Assembly: GCF_025021925.1 (NCBI RefSeq)
Contig: NZ_CP092368.1
Coordinates: 210,001-242,000 of the forward strand
Length of the DNA stretch: 32,000 nt
Direction of reading: 5' to 3'
From: Candidatus Saccharimonadota bacterium
GTDB taxonomy: Bacteria; Pseudomonadota; Alphaproteobacteria; Rickettsiales; Anaplasmataceae
Positions 1 to 8,895 of this stretch are shown here, piece after piece. Position numbers and translations under genes: made by a program. The first letter of the stretch is position 1, and every line of letters starts with the position of its first letter. Below the pieces are notes generated by a model. It was not told the DNA's origin, did no database searches, and worked only from the letters and a program-made list of their open reading frames with translations.

Positions 1-1
1 C

Positions 2-628
2 ATATATCTACATACGGATCATCAATTTTTATATAGCGTTGCAACTGATGGTCATCGTTTATCTTGTATAAAAACGATTAAGCCCAAAAATATTAATAGT
101 AATTTTGGTGTCATAATTCCACGTAAGACTGTCCTAGAACTCTTAAAAATATCAAATGACTGTAACGATATTCACATAAAACTCTCAGAAAGAAAAATCC
201 TATTCATATGTAATAAATATATTTTGATATCAAAATTGATTGATGGTCACTTTCCAAATTATATATCTTTCATACATATAAATCATGATAAACATGTTGT
301 TATTGATAGCAATACTCTTTCAGATGTGATAGAGCGAGTTTCAGTGATTCTATATGACAAAGTCAAAGCTATTACACTCTCCTTACAATTCAATCTATTA
401 ACATTGTATGCTCAAACTCAAGATAGTAGTGATTCACGAGAATCTATACCTATAGACTATAATAATTTACCCATAAAAATAGGATTAAATGCACGATATT
501 TACTTGATGCTCTATCATGTATTAATAATAAGTGTAAAATTCAGTTTACTGATGATACACATCCTATCATCATTACTGATGAAGATGATTCGCATGCTTT
601 ATATATAATCATGCCAATGAGAATATAA
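2..628 (+). CDS. dnaN: DNA polymerase III beta sliding clamp, C-terminal part (5' end lies outside the window)
   Basis: The frame of the 224..628 track ORF stays open back to nt 2. My translation of nt 2-223 gives ...SVATDGHRLSCIK..., a beta-clamp-like motif. The C-terminus reads ...LNARYLLDAL...IIMPMRI, as in beta clamps. The listed TTG start at 224 is internal. Confidence 0.9.
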   Translation: MYLHTDHQFLYSVATDGHRLSCIKTIKPKNINSNFGVIIPRKTVLELLKISNDCNDIHIKLSERKILFICNKYILISKLIDGHFPNYISFIHINHDKHVVIDSNTLSDVIERVSVILYDKVKAITLSLQFNLLTLYAQTQDSSDSRESIPIDYNNLPIKIGLNARYLLDALSCINNKCKIQFTDDTHPIIITDEDDSHALYIIMPMRI

Positions 629-795
629 AGATATTGATGTTTTGTTATATTGTATATCCTTAATATATTAGGCTTATAGATATCATATTATATTTTATAT
701 ACTTTTTTTATGTAAAAAGTCCTGTGATCAAGTCGATAAGTCAGGATGCATTGAATTTAACAGTTTAAATATAAAATCATTCTGTGATAATAATA

Positions 796-1710
796 TCAGT
801 CATAATAATTAAATAATGCTTTAATAAATTCTATGCTAGTACATTCTCTGATATCTTCTATACTTTCGCCAGTACCTACAGCATATAGCTTAATTTTATA
901 GGATGAGATTAAACCCACTATTACACCTCCTTTTGCAGTACCATCTACCTTTGTAACAATTATTCCTGTCACATTAACTATTTTATTAAATGCTTCTAAT
1001 TGATGGTATGCATTTTGTCCTGTAGTTGCATCAAGGACTAAAATTACATCATGTGGAGCACTATTTTCTACTTTCTTAATAGTATTATAAAGTTTTGATA
1101 ATTCTGCCATTAAATTTATATTGTTTTGTATTCTCCCTGCAGTATCAATTAACACAACATCAGTATGATTATGTATTGCTTGACGGATCGCCTTATATGC
1201 TAAACTTGCAGGATCAGAACCATGCTTGCTAGTCAAGATACTACAATTAGAGCGCTCTGCCCAAATAGTAAGCTGCTCATTCGCAGCATGTCTAAAGGTA
1301 TCACAAGCAACAAGCATGACTGATTTACCAATTTTCTTATATTTATTCGCTAATTTACCTATTGTAGTCGTTTTACCATTTCCATTTACTCCACAAAACA
1401 TCATGATATGTGGTTTTTTATTCATTCTTATTGGATGTACAGCATCTTTTATTATCATATCTATTTCATAGATTAACTGCCGCATAATCACATCATGTGT
1501 AGCGTCTTTATTAAAAGTATAATGTGCTAGATTACTAGTAATCAATTTAGAAGTTTTATAACCAATATCCATACTAATCAGTAAATCCTCTAAATTATCT
1601 AGAATAACTTGATCTATTATCTTTTTATTAGAAAGAATCCTTTTGATTCCAGAACTAAAAAAAGAAGAAGTTTTTAATAATCCTTTATAAAGGTGGAGAA
1701 GAGTGCTCAC
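796..1710 (-). CDS. ftsY: Signal recognition particle receptor FtsY (short form, NG domain only)
   Basis: 304 aa with SRP-GTPase motifs GVNGNGKTTT (G1), DTAGR (G3) and TKVDGTAKGG (G4). GTG start at 1710. Confidence 0.9.
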   Translation of the reverse strand: MSTLLHLYKGLLKTSSFFSSGIKRILSNKKIIDQVILDNLEDLLISMDIGYKTSKLITSNLAHYTFNKDATHDVIMRQLIYEIDMIIKDAVHPIRMNKKPHIMMFCGVNGNGKTTTIGKLANKYKKIGKSVMLVACDTFRHAANEQLTIWAERSNCSILTSKHGSDPASLAYKAIRQAIHNHTDVVLIDTAGRIQNNINLMAELSKLYNTIKKVENSAPHDVILVLDATTGQNAYHQLEAFNKIVNVTGIIVTKVDGTAKGGVIVGLISSYKIKLYAVGTGESIEDIRECTSIEFIKALFNYYD

Positions 1711-1905
1711 GTGATACCTCGATTTAAAAATAAACTTACTGCGATATTAAAAAAATCATTTGCTATATAAAATTACATATAGAGATTACTTTTTAAAATC
1801 ATGTGATATAAAAATAATACTCTTTTAAGAATTATATTTACTTAATTACTTTAATATAATCTAGCAATATGTTACCATCTGGAATTAGAGTTTCTAGGTA
1901 ATATT

Positions 1906-2328
1906 ATGAGTTATAATAAAAAAATTCTAGATCACTATGAAAACCCAAGAAATGTTGGTTCTTTAGATAAAAAAGATCCAAATGTTGGAACCGGTCTAGT
2001 AGGAGCTCCATCTTGTGGAGATGTTATGAAATTACAAATAAAAATTGATGCACAAGGTATAATTGAAGATGCCAAATTCAAGACTTTCGGTTGTGGGTCT
2101 GCCATTGCTTCAAGTTCATTATTAACGGAAATGATCAAAGGCAAAAAGATAGAAGATGTTATGAAAATCAAAAACACTCAGATCTCTGAAGAACTATCTT
2201 TACCTCCAGTTAAAATTCATTGTTCTGTCCTTGCTGAAGAAGCGATAAAAGCTGCTATTCGTGACTATAAGAGTAAGCAAAGTCAAGATTTATTAATGAG
2301 TCATATCAAAGATCAAGATAATGAATAA
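1906..2328 (+). CDS. iscU: Fe-S cluster assembly scaffold IscU
   Basis: Three conserved cysteine contexts (GAPSCGD, FGCGSAIASSS, IHCSVLAEEA) and the LPPVK HscA-recognition motif. AGGT lies just upstream of the ATG. Confidence 0.93.
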   Translation: MSYNKKILDHYENPRNVGSLDKKDPNVGTGLVGAPSCGDVMKLQIKIDAQGIIEDAKFKTFGCGSAIASSSLLTEMIKGKKIEDVMKIKNTQISEELSLPPVKIHCSVLAEEAIKAAIRDYKSKQSQDLLMSHIKDQDNE

Positions 2329-2722
2329 ACCGCAACAAAATATTAATAATAAACCTCTAATTACCCTGACAAAACAAGCAGTGGAAAGAATAAGATATTT
2401 GATGACTATACATACACAAGAGACTTCTAGTCTATTAACATTACAAGAAGTCATAGGTATAAGGATAATAATTACACGGAAAGGATGTGCTGGTTTAAAA
2501 TATAATATTGAATATGCATATGAAATTCATCCTTTAGAATATATGATTGATATTCAATGTAGTGACGAGAAAAATATTAAGGTACTGCTTGATTCAAAAT
2601 CTTTAATGTTTATAATAGGTACCGAAATGGATTATATAGAAGAGAAATTTTCATCTGGTTTCCATTTTAAGAACCCTAATGAAAAAGGAAGATGTGGTTG
2701 TGGAGAAAGCTTTATTGTCTAA
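2321..2722 (+). CDS. iscA: Fe-S cluster insertion/carrier protein, IscA/ErpA family
   Basis: 133 aa ending in the family signature ...GRCGCGESFIV, plus an internal KGCAG cysteine. The ATG overlaps the iscU stop (ATGAATAA, 8-nt overlap). Confidence 0.85.
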   Translation: MNKPQQNINNKPLITLTKQAVERIRYLMTIHTQETSSLLTLQEVIGIRIIITRKGCAGLKYNIEYAYEIHPLEYMIDIQCSDEKNIKVLLDSKSLMFIIGTEMDYIEEKFSSGFHFKNPNEKGRCGCGESFIV

Positions 2723-3182
2723 TAATTATTTTAGATTATTTAAATTGCAGGAAAAGTTAGATATTGATCTTAATGAATTAGAAAATCAGTATATAAAATT
2801 GATCAAGTATACAATATGCGAACAGCAATCTCAAAATATTGTACAAATTAATATTGCTTATCAAGTTCTTAAATCACCATTAAAGCGTGCTGAACATTTA
2901 TTAGAAATCCTGAATATACAAATCACACAAGATTATTGCAATGATCCTACTATACTGAATGAAGCAATCACAATAAGAGAAAATATACTTGAATATAATG
3001 ATTTCAAAAGTGCGAGAATAATGATTGATACAAAACTACAAGAATGTCTGCAAAAATTTTCTCAAGCTTATGATATTCGAGATTTCGAAATATCAATTAA
3101 ACAGATTATCAGATTAAAATATTTATCTAAGATTTATGCAGAAGTAAAAGAACAAGAGAATGCAATCTATGCAAATGTGTGA
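2679..3182 (+). CDS. hscB: Fe-S co-chaperone HscB (J-type), with no HPD motif
   Basis: Sits between iscA and hscA. The N-terminal NYFRLFKL and the ...LKSPLKRAEHLLEIL helix match the HscB J-domain pattern. The real start may be TTG 2715, which is preceded by GGAG at 2702-2705 and overlaps the iscA stop by 8 nt, rather than ATG 2679. Confidence 0.75.
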   Translation: MKKEDVVVEKALLSNNYFRLFKLQEKLDIDLNELENQYIKLIKYTICEQQSQNIVQINIAYQVLKSPLKRAEHLLEILNIQITQDYCNDPTILNEAITIRENILEYNDFKSARIMIDTKLQECLQKFSQAYDIRDFEISIKQIIRLKYLSKIYAEVKEQENAIYANV

Positions 3183-4929
3183 ATTACCGAATACAAATAT
3201 ACTAGATTCAAATGAAATAATCTTTGGAATAGATCTTGGCACAACTTATTCTTTAATTGCTATGATACATCAAGATGGTAACTTAGAGATATTCAAAGAT
3301 CAGCATCAAAGGATGCTTTTTCCTTCTGTCATATCATATAAAAAAAATATATTGAAAACCGGCTATGATATAGATGAAGATGCAATCTATTCAATCAAAT
3401 GTTTAATGGGTAAGAGTGTACAAGATATTGATAGCAATGCTTTTAATTTTAAGATAGATACTGAAAGTAAAAAAATTATTAGAATAAAATGTAATAATGA
3501 AAAATACTTAACGCCTATAGAGATTACCTCTCAAATATTAAAATCGCTATGTCAAATGGTAAAACTAACTAAGCAGATATGTGTAATCAAGGCAGTAATT
3601 ACTGTTCCAGCATACTTTGATGATGCAGCTAGAAATGCCACTAAGCATGCAGCGCAATTAGCTGGCATACAAGTTGTACGTCTCATTAATGAGCCAACTG
3701 CTGCTGCTTTAGCATATTCAATTGAAAAGAAGAATAATAGTGGCATATATGCAGTATATGACCTTGGAGGAGGAACATTCGACATTTCAATATTAAAATT
3801 ACATCAAGGAGTATTTCAAGTACTTGCAGTAGGAGGAGATACTCAATTGGGAGGTGATAATTTTGATGACTTATTAAGAATAATAGTTCTTAATAAGTAT
3901 ATCAATCAGATGGATATACATACTAATTTAACAATTCTTAATACTAGAATTAATAATATACGTGATGTGAAAGAATTTCTTAGTCAATATACTGTAGGTA
4001 CTTTCGAATTTACAATTCAAGGAAATCAATTTAGCTGTACGATTACTAGAGAAGAATTCTCTCATGCAATTAGTCCATTAGTAAATAAAACTATTAATAT
4101 TATGACTCGTACTATGCGAGATATAGAGATCACATTAGAAGACATACAAGGAGTAATTTTAGTAGGTGGTTCTAGTAGAGTACCTCTAGTATATAACGCA
4201 CTCATTAATTTTGTTGGCATGAAAGTATTACATGATATAAATCCAGATACAGCAGTAGTCACTGGTGCAGCTTTACAAGCTCATTACTTAACTTCGCACT
4301 CAAAAGAGTCTCACATTCTATTAGATGTATTGCCATTATCTCTTGGGATAGAAACTATGGGAGGAATAGTTGAAAAAATTATACAAAGAAACACACCATT
4401 ACCAGCGTCAGAAAAAAGAGAATTTACTACCTATACTGATAGACAAGATTCAATAAAAATTCATGTTTGTCAGGGAGAACGTGATATGATCGAAGATAAT
4501 AAATCACTAGCAGTATTTGAATTAAAAGTAGCTTCTGATAGAGCTGCAGGCTCTGCAAGAATTGAAGTAGAATTTATTGTCAATGTTGATGGTATCCTCA
4601 CAGTGATCGGCCGAGAAAAAACTACTGGCATTGAAAAAATAGTAACAATCAATTCAAGTATTGGTCTAAGTCGATCTCATATTCAAGATATGATACATCA
4701 ATCACTTAGCAACTTTGATCACGATATAAAAGCTCGTACTCTTGCATTAGCTAAGATAAAAGGAAATAAACTGATTCATTTAGTAGAAACACATCATCAT
4801 CTGTCATCTAGCTTAGAATTAAAAACACTATTACAAAAGACAAAAGAGACATTAAAAAGTAATAATATTAATAATATAAATATTATGATTAATCAGTTAG
4901 AAATGCTTTCCTTTAAGTTATGTAAATGA
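3160..4929 (+). CDS. hscA: Fe-S cluster Hsp70-class chaperone HscA
   Basis: 589 aa with Hsp70 signatures IFGIDLGTTYS, DLGGGTFDISIL and VILVGGSSRVP. Overlaps the hscB 3' end. Alternative ATG starts at 3169 and 3175. Confidence 0.9.
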   Translation: MQSMQMCELPNTNILDSNEIIFGIDLGTTYSLIAMIHQDGNLEIFKDQHQRMLFPSVISYKKNILKTGYDIDEDAIYSIKCLMGKSVQDIDSNAFNFKIDTESKKIIRIKCNNEKYLTPIEITSQILKSLCQMVKLTKQICVIKAVITVPAYFDDAARNATKHAAQLAGIQVVRLINEPTAAALAYSIEKKNNSGIYAVYDLGGGTFDISILKLHQGVFQVLAVGGDTQLGGDNFDDLLRIIVLNKYINQMDIHTNLTILNTRINNIRDVKEFLSQYTVGTFEFTIQGNQFSCTITREEFSHAISPLVNKTINIMTRTMRDIEITLEDIQGVILVGGSSRVPLVYNALINFVGMKVLHDINPDTAVVTGAALQAHYLTSHSKESHILLDVLPLSLGIETMGGIVEKIIQRNTPLPASEKREFTTYTDRQDSIKIHVCQGERDMIEDNKSLAVFELKVASDRAAGSARIEVEFIVNVDGILTVIGREKTTGIEKIVTINSSIGLSRSHIQDMIHQSLSNFDHDIKARTLALAKIKGNKLIHLVETHHHLSSSLELKTLLQKTKETLKSNNINNINIMINQLEMLSFKLCK

Positions 4930-4948
4930 AAAAAATCAGTAATCTATA

Positions 4949-5677
4949 TCAGATGACATGATGTAATATTCTATTTAATCTCAAAGCAATAGGAATTCTC
5001 ATATTAAATGGTATCCAGTCTTTTTTTGCTAACTTAAATGATAAGACAACCATATGTACGCGCCCAATTATATTTTCCATTGGTACGCAACCTACTTCAG
5101 GAAACCTACTATCCAAAGAATTATTTCTATTATCTCCCATAACAAAAAAATGATCATGAGGTACATAATATACATTAGTGTTATGTGATAAATGATGAGA
5201 TAAGTTATCTATTATAATTTCATGTTGTATATTTTGATTTAAGGTTTCTAGATATCTAGAGATATAGCGATTTATATCTTCATCAAAAAAACTTTTCATC
5301 TTGATATGTTGTACTTTTTGATCATTGATGTATAATGATCCTGATATCATTTGTACTTTATCACCAGGTAATCCTATTACTCTTTTTACAAATCTCACAC
5401 CTTCATTGTGTGCAGGTTTAAACACTATGACATCACCTAATTTTGGAGGTACATAAAAAATTCTACCGCTAAAAAAATTTGGAGAAAATGGTAAGGAATG
5501 TTTACTATAACCATATGAATATTTAGTAGCAAATATATAATCTCCTTCAAGTAGGGTACTTTTCATTGAACTGGAAGGTATATGAAATGGTTCAAAAATA
5601 AAACTACGTATCAAGAATACAATTAACAAGATACTGAATAATGAATAACTTTTATGAAATGTTACTGTATTGAACAT
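4949..5677 (-). CDS. lepB: Signal peptidase I
   Basis: 242 aa with an N-terminal transmembrane helix, the catalytic Ser box IPSSSMKSTL, the Lys box VKRVIGLPGD, and GDNRNNSLDSR. Confidence 0.9.
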   Translation of the reverse strand: MFNTVTFHKSYSLFSILLIVFLIRSFIFEPFHIPSSSMKSTLLEGDYIFATKYSYGYSKHSLPFSPNFFSGRIFYVPPKLGDVIVFKPAHNEGVRFVKRVIGLPGDKVQMISGSLYINDQKVQHIKMKSFFDEDINRYISRYLETLNQNIQHEIIIDNLSHHLSHNTNVYYVPHDHFFVMGDNRNNSLDSRFPEVGCVPMENIIGRVHMVVLSFKLAKKDWIPFNMRIPIALRLNRILHHVI

Positions 5678-6052
5678 ATGATTTAATGATTTTAAATAAT
5701 AGTAATAATTGTAAAATTATACTCATTTCTCAATCTCTTGTTATAAAACATTCATCTGTAAATTATCAAATTTATCTATTAATTTTATTAATTGTTAAAA
5801 AAAAACATATTAGTATATAATTAAAAATTATCATTAATAAATGAATATATATTATAGTAAAAACTTATAATGCAGTATTTTATACTATCTTAAGCATTTC
5901 TTGATTCTTAAGTTATGATTTTTCTCTCTTCATAATTTCTCTGAAAGAGATAAGATGTTTTTTCTTAATATTCTTATATGTTCATGATATATATCAAAGA
6001 TATACTTCATAATACTAATATACAATATTAATCCAATACTTAGATAGATTAA

Positions 6053-6502
6053 TTATCCATCTCTCTGAGAGAATCTACTTTTTTCACGCTCCCATACTCT
6101 TTGTTTTATAATAGATCTTTTATCGTATAGTTTTTTCCCTTTTGCAATTGCAATCTTAATTTTTACAAATCCTTTATTATTGAAGTAAATTGATAGTGGA
6201 ATAATTGTCATGCCAGATACTCTAATACATATCACTAATTTCTTAATTTCTTGTTTATGTAAAAGTAACTTACGTTCCCTTTTAGGATTATTCATTCTGA
6301 ATTGTGAAGTTGAAGATTCTGTAATATGCATATTACGTAGCCACATCTCGCCATTTTTTTCAGTAACATAAGCATCAGCAATACTGACTTGTCTTGCTCT
6401 CAATGGTTTTAACTCACTACTTAATAGTATAATTCCAGATTCAAAGATTTGTAAAATAAAATATTCAAATTTTGATTTTTTATTTTCTGCAATGATTTCC
6501 AT
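6053..6502 (-). CDS. smpB: SsrA-binding protein SmpB
   Basis: 149 aa. ENKKSKFEYFI..., ...LLLHKQEI... and a basic C-terminal tail match the SmpB pattern. Confidence 0.9.
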   Translation of the reverse strand: MEIIAENKKSKFEYFILQIFESGIILLSSELKPLRARQVSIADAYVTEKNGEMWLRNMHITESSTSQFRMNNPKRERKLLLHKQEIKKLVICIRVSGMTIIPLSIYFNNKGFVKIKIAIAKGKKLYDKRSIIKQRVWEREKSRFSQRDG

Positions 6503-6602
6503 ACTCTCTCAAGAGATTTATATATTGATGTATATTACAAGTTTTTCAAATAAGTGTATGTTATATCTTTACTTTCAAGATGAATGTCATACATATTATA
6601 TT

Positions 6603-7130
6603 ATGTACAACCTAAATTTTAAGTATATCGTTGAATTGTTCTTTTTATTTAGCTCTTTACTCACTATCTGGATTATATTATCAGGTCGTCTTGAGATCGT
6701 TTGTATCATATGTGGTGTATTATCTTCTCTTATAGCGCTATATATCTTTAAAAAGATCACAAGAGATAACTATCTTTTGCATAAGATTCTACTTAATACA
6801 TATAGATTCTCTATTGTAAGATTAATTCATTATATACTATGGTTAATATATCAAATGTTTATTTCAAGTATATATGTTGCAAAACAGGTGTTACAACCCA
6901 AATTTAATGCTCATATGCCAATTATTATTCTTTTTGCAGCATCTCATAATCATACTGAAAGTAGTATTGCTCTCTTCGCACATTCTGTGACCCTGACGCC
7001 AGGCACTTTAACTCTTGATGTTGTATATCACAATGAAATATACTTATTGCGTATATGTATTATGAATCATAGCTTAGAATGCGGAATTTCTGCAATAGAA
7101 ATGAGAGTATTAAAAATAATACTCTCATAG
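6603..7130 (+). CDS. Mrp/Mnh-type monovalent cation/H+ antiporter subunit E-like membrane protein
   Basis: Hydrophobic N-terminal helices followed by ...HSVTLTPGTLTLDV..., which resembles the ITLTPGT signature of MnhE/MrpE. I place the start at ATG 6603. The track start at 6492 would overlap the divergent smpB start and adds a low-complexity leader. Confidence 0.55.
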   Translation: MYNLNFKYIVELFFLFSSLLTIWIILSGRLEIVCIICGVLSSLIALYIFKKITRDNYLLHKILLNTYRFSIVRLIHYILWLIYQMFISSIYVAKQVLQPKFNAHMPIIILFAASHNHTESSIALFAHSVTLTPGTLTLDVVYHNEIYLLRICIMNHSLECGISAIEMRVLKIILS

Positions 7131-7176
7131 AGTCTTAATAGTTAATTCACTATAGTTAGTATATATGTAATTGAGC

Positions 7177-7737
7177 ATGACAAAAATAAAATTAGGTATA
7201 TTAATATCTGGTAGAGGATCAAATATGCATGCTATTATTCAGGCATGCTATGATCAGAATTTTCCTGCAGAAGTTTCCTGTATTATTACAAATAATAATT
7301 CAGCTCCTGGACTAAAGATAGCAACACAAATAGGAATTCCAGCGTTTGTAGTACATGATAAACCTTTAGATGAAACATCAATACATGAATTACTTGTACA
7401 ACATGCAGTTGATTTAGTATGTCTAGCAGGATTTATGAGAATACTCACATCTGATTTTATCAGTAAGTGGTATAACAAAATTGTCAATATTCATCCATCT
7501 TTATTGCCTGCATTTAAGGGACTCAACCCTCAAAAACAAGCATTACAATCAGGTGTTAAAACAGTAGGATGTACTGTACATTATGTAACTTCTGAAGTTG
7601 ATAATGGTGCAATTATTATTCAATCCACTGTACCAGTGTTATTAAATGATAATATTCATAGTATTTCAAAACGAATTCTTGATGCAGAACATAAGTGTTA
7701 TGTACAAGCAATAAAATTGCTAGCGCAATTGCATTAA
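7177..7737 (+). CDS. purN: Phosphoribosylglycinamide formyltransferase
   Basis: ILISGRGSNMHAI near the N-terminus and NIHPSLLPAFKG (the formyltransferase HPSLLP box). ATG 7177 is preferred over the in-frame TTG 7171. Confidence 0.9.
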   Translation: MTKIKLGILISGRGSNMHAIIQACYDQNFPAEVSCIITNNNSAPGLKIATQIGIPAFVVHDKPLDETSIHELLVQHAVDLVCLAGFMRILTSDFISKWYNKIVNIHPSLLPAFKGLNPQKQALQSGVKTVGCTVHYVTSEVDNGAIIIQSTVPVLLNDNIHSISKRILDAEHKCYVQAIKLLAQLH

Positions 7738-7889
7738 ATGCATAAATGATAGATCAGAGATGATAAAGATAGTGCAATGAATATATATGGAATATAAGAT
7801 ATATTTCATCATTTTAAACATTTAACTCTATGTATCATATTCAATATATACGGAATGTTGATATATGAATCAATCAATAAAATATCGCA

Positions 7890-8819
7890 TTAAGCTATGT
7901 AAGACTTTAGTTGACGTACTTTTATAATATCATCTTGAATTTGTTGTATTAATTGATCAAGAGCAGAAAATTTTTTTTCTGATCTTATAAATTTTAAGAA
8001 TTGTATATATACTGTATCATTATATATATTTTGATTAAAATCTAATATGTGCATTTCTATTATAGGTGCCGTAAGATCTTGACATGTAGGTCTCATTCCT
8101 ACATTTACTACTCCATATAAAGAATGGTTACAGTATATTACTTTAGCGTAATATGTCCCAAATTTTGGCTTAATCATTTCCTCTTGTATTGCTATATTAA
8201 TTGTGGGAAAACCTATTATCCTGCCTCTGCATGCACCTTTCATAACAATTCCTGATATTTGATAAGGGCGCCCTAGTAATTTATTAGCAATGTCTATCTC
8301 ACCTATTCTTATATAATTTCTTATTAAAGACGAAGAACAAATTTCTTGATTCATTATTAATGGTGGCAATATATTCAAAGAATACTCGTGATTTTTCATA
8401 TACTGCTTTAAAGCTAATATATTACCTAATTTCTTATGCCCAAAAGTACAATCTTCTCCAACAATGATATGTTGCGCGTGATATCTTTTTATTAAAATTT
8501 CACTCAGGAAATCCTGATATTTTATCTGAGAAAAAACTTTAGTAAAATGAATAATATATAAGTAATCTATATCATAATGACTGATTAGATTCTCTTTTTG
8601 CTCTTGATTCATTATTCTAAAATCTTTTCTATTAAATAAAATAGTTGCAGGATGAGGTTCAAAAGTTAATACACCAGATGGTAACCCTTTATCTCGAGAT
8701 ATTTTTTTAAGAGTAGAAAGTATATATTGATGTCCTAAATGCACCCCATCAAAATTACCAAAAGTAACTACTATATTAGTATATTGTCTTTCTTGATCAT
8801 AATTATCAATTACTTTCAT
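7890..8819 (-). CDS. ribF: Bifunctional riboflavin kinase / FMN adenylyltransferase
   Basis: 309 aa. N-terminal FGNFDGVHLGH nucleotidyltransferase motif and a C-terminal riboflavin kinase region (GFPTINI..., ...IEMHILDF...). Confidence 0.9.
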   Translation of the reverse strand: MKVIDNYDQERQYTNIVVTFGNFDGVHLGHQYILSTLKKISRDKGLPSGVLTFEPHPATILFNRKDFRIMNQEQKENLISHYDIDYLYIIHFTKVFSQIKYQDFLSEILIKRYHAQHIIVGEDCTFGHKKLGNILALKQYMKNHEYSLNILPPLIMNQEICSSSLIRNYIRIGEIDIANKLLGRPYQISGIVMKGACRGRIIGFPTINIAIQEEMIKPKFGTYYAKVIYCNHSLYGVVNVGMRPTCQDLTAPIIEMHILDFNQNIYNDTVYIQFLKFIRSEKKFSALDQLIQQIQDDIIKVRQLKSYIA

Positions 8820-8895
8820 AACATGTTATTTGATACTGCATGATACTATATATTATGTATGATAAATAGATTTTAAAACATTTAAGAGAGAAATT

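Noticed and set aside
700-760. Possible SRP RNA or RNase P RNA next to ftsY (AAAGTCC-like and GTCAGG-like strings), and a possible ftsY terminator hairpin TCCTG...CAGGA (720-746) followed on the minus strand by CTTTTT
   Set aside because: The 167-bp spacer is too short for RNase P RNA. It lacks the GGAA-containing helix-8 core of SRP RNA. The hairpin has only a 5-bp stem with a 17-nt loop, which is too weak to call a terminator.
1226-1471. 81-aa plus-strand ORF inside ftsY. The same class includes 1935-2177, 3552-3785, 4062-4262, 4470-4652 and 7254-7487.
   Set aside because: Each lies fully antisense to a well-supported conserved gene. The translations are low-complexity or hydrophobic with no recognisable motifs. 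These are shadow ORFs typical of AT-rich DNA.
6492-6602. N-terminal extensions of track ORFs. Examples: mrpE-like from 6492, apaG to 13417, asd to 15639, lpdA to 18572, bamB-like to 19647, lon from 26472, purN from 7171.
   Set aside because: The extensions start at TTG or GTG, or overlap the neighbouring gene. They precede the conserved N-terminal motifs, and an internal ATG with better context exists in each case.
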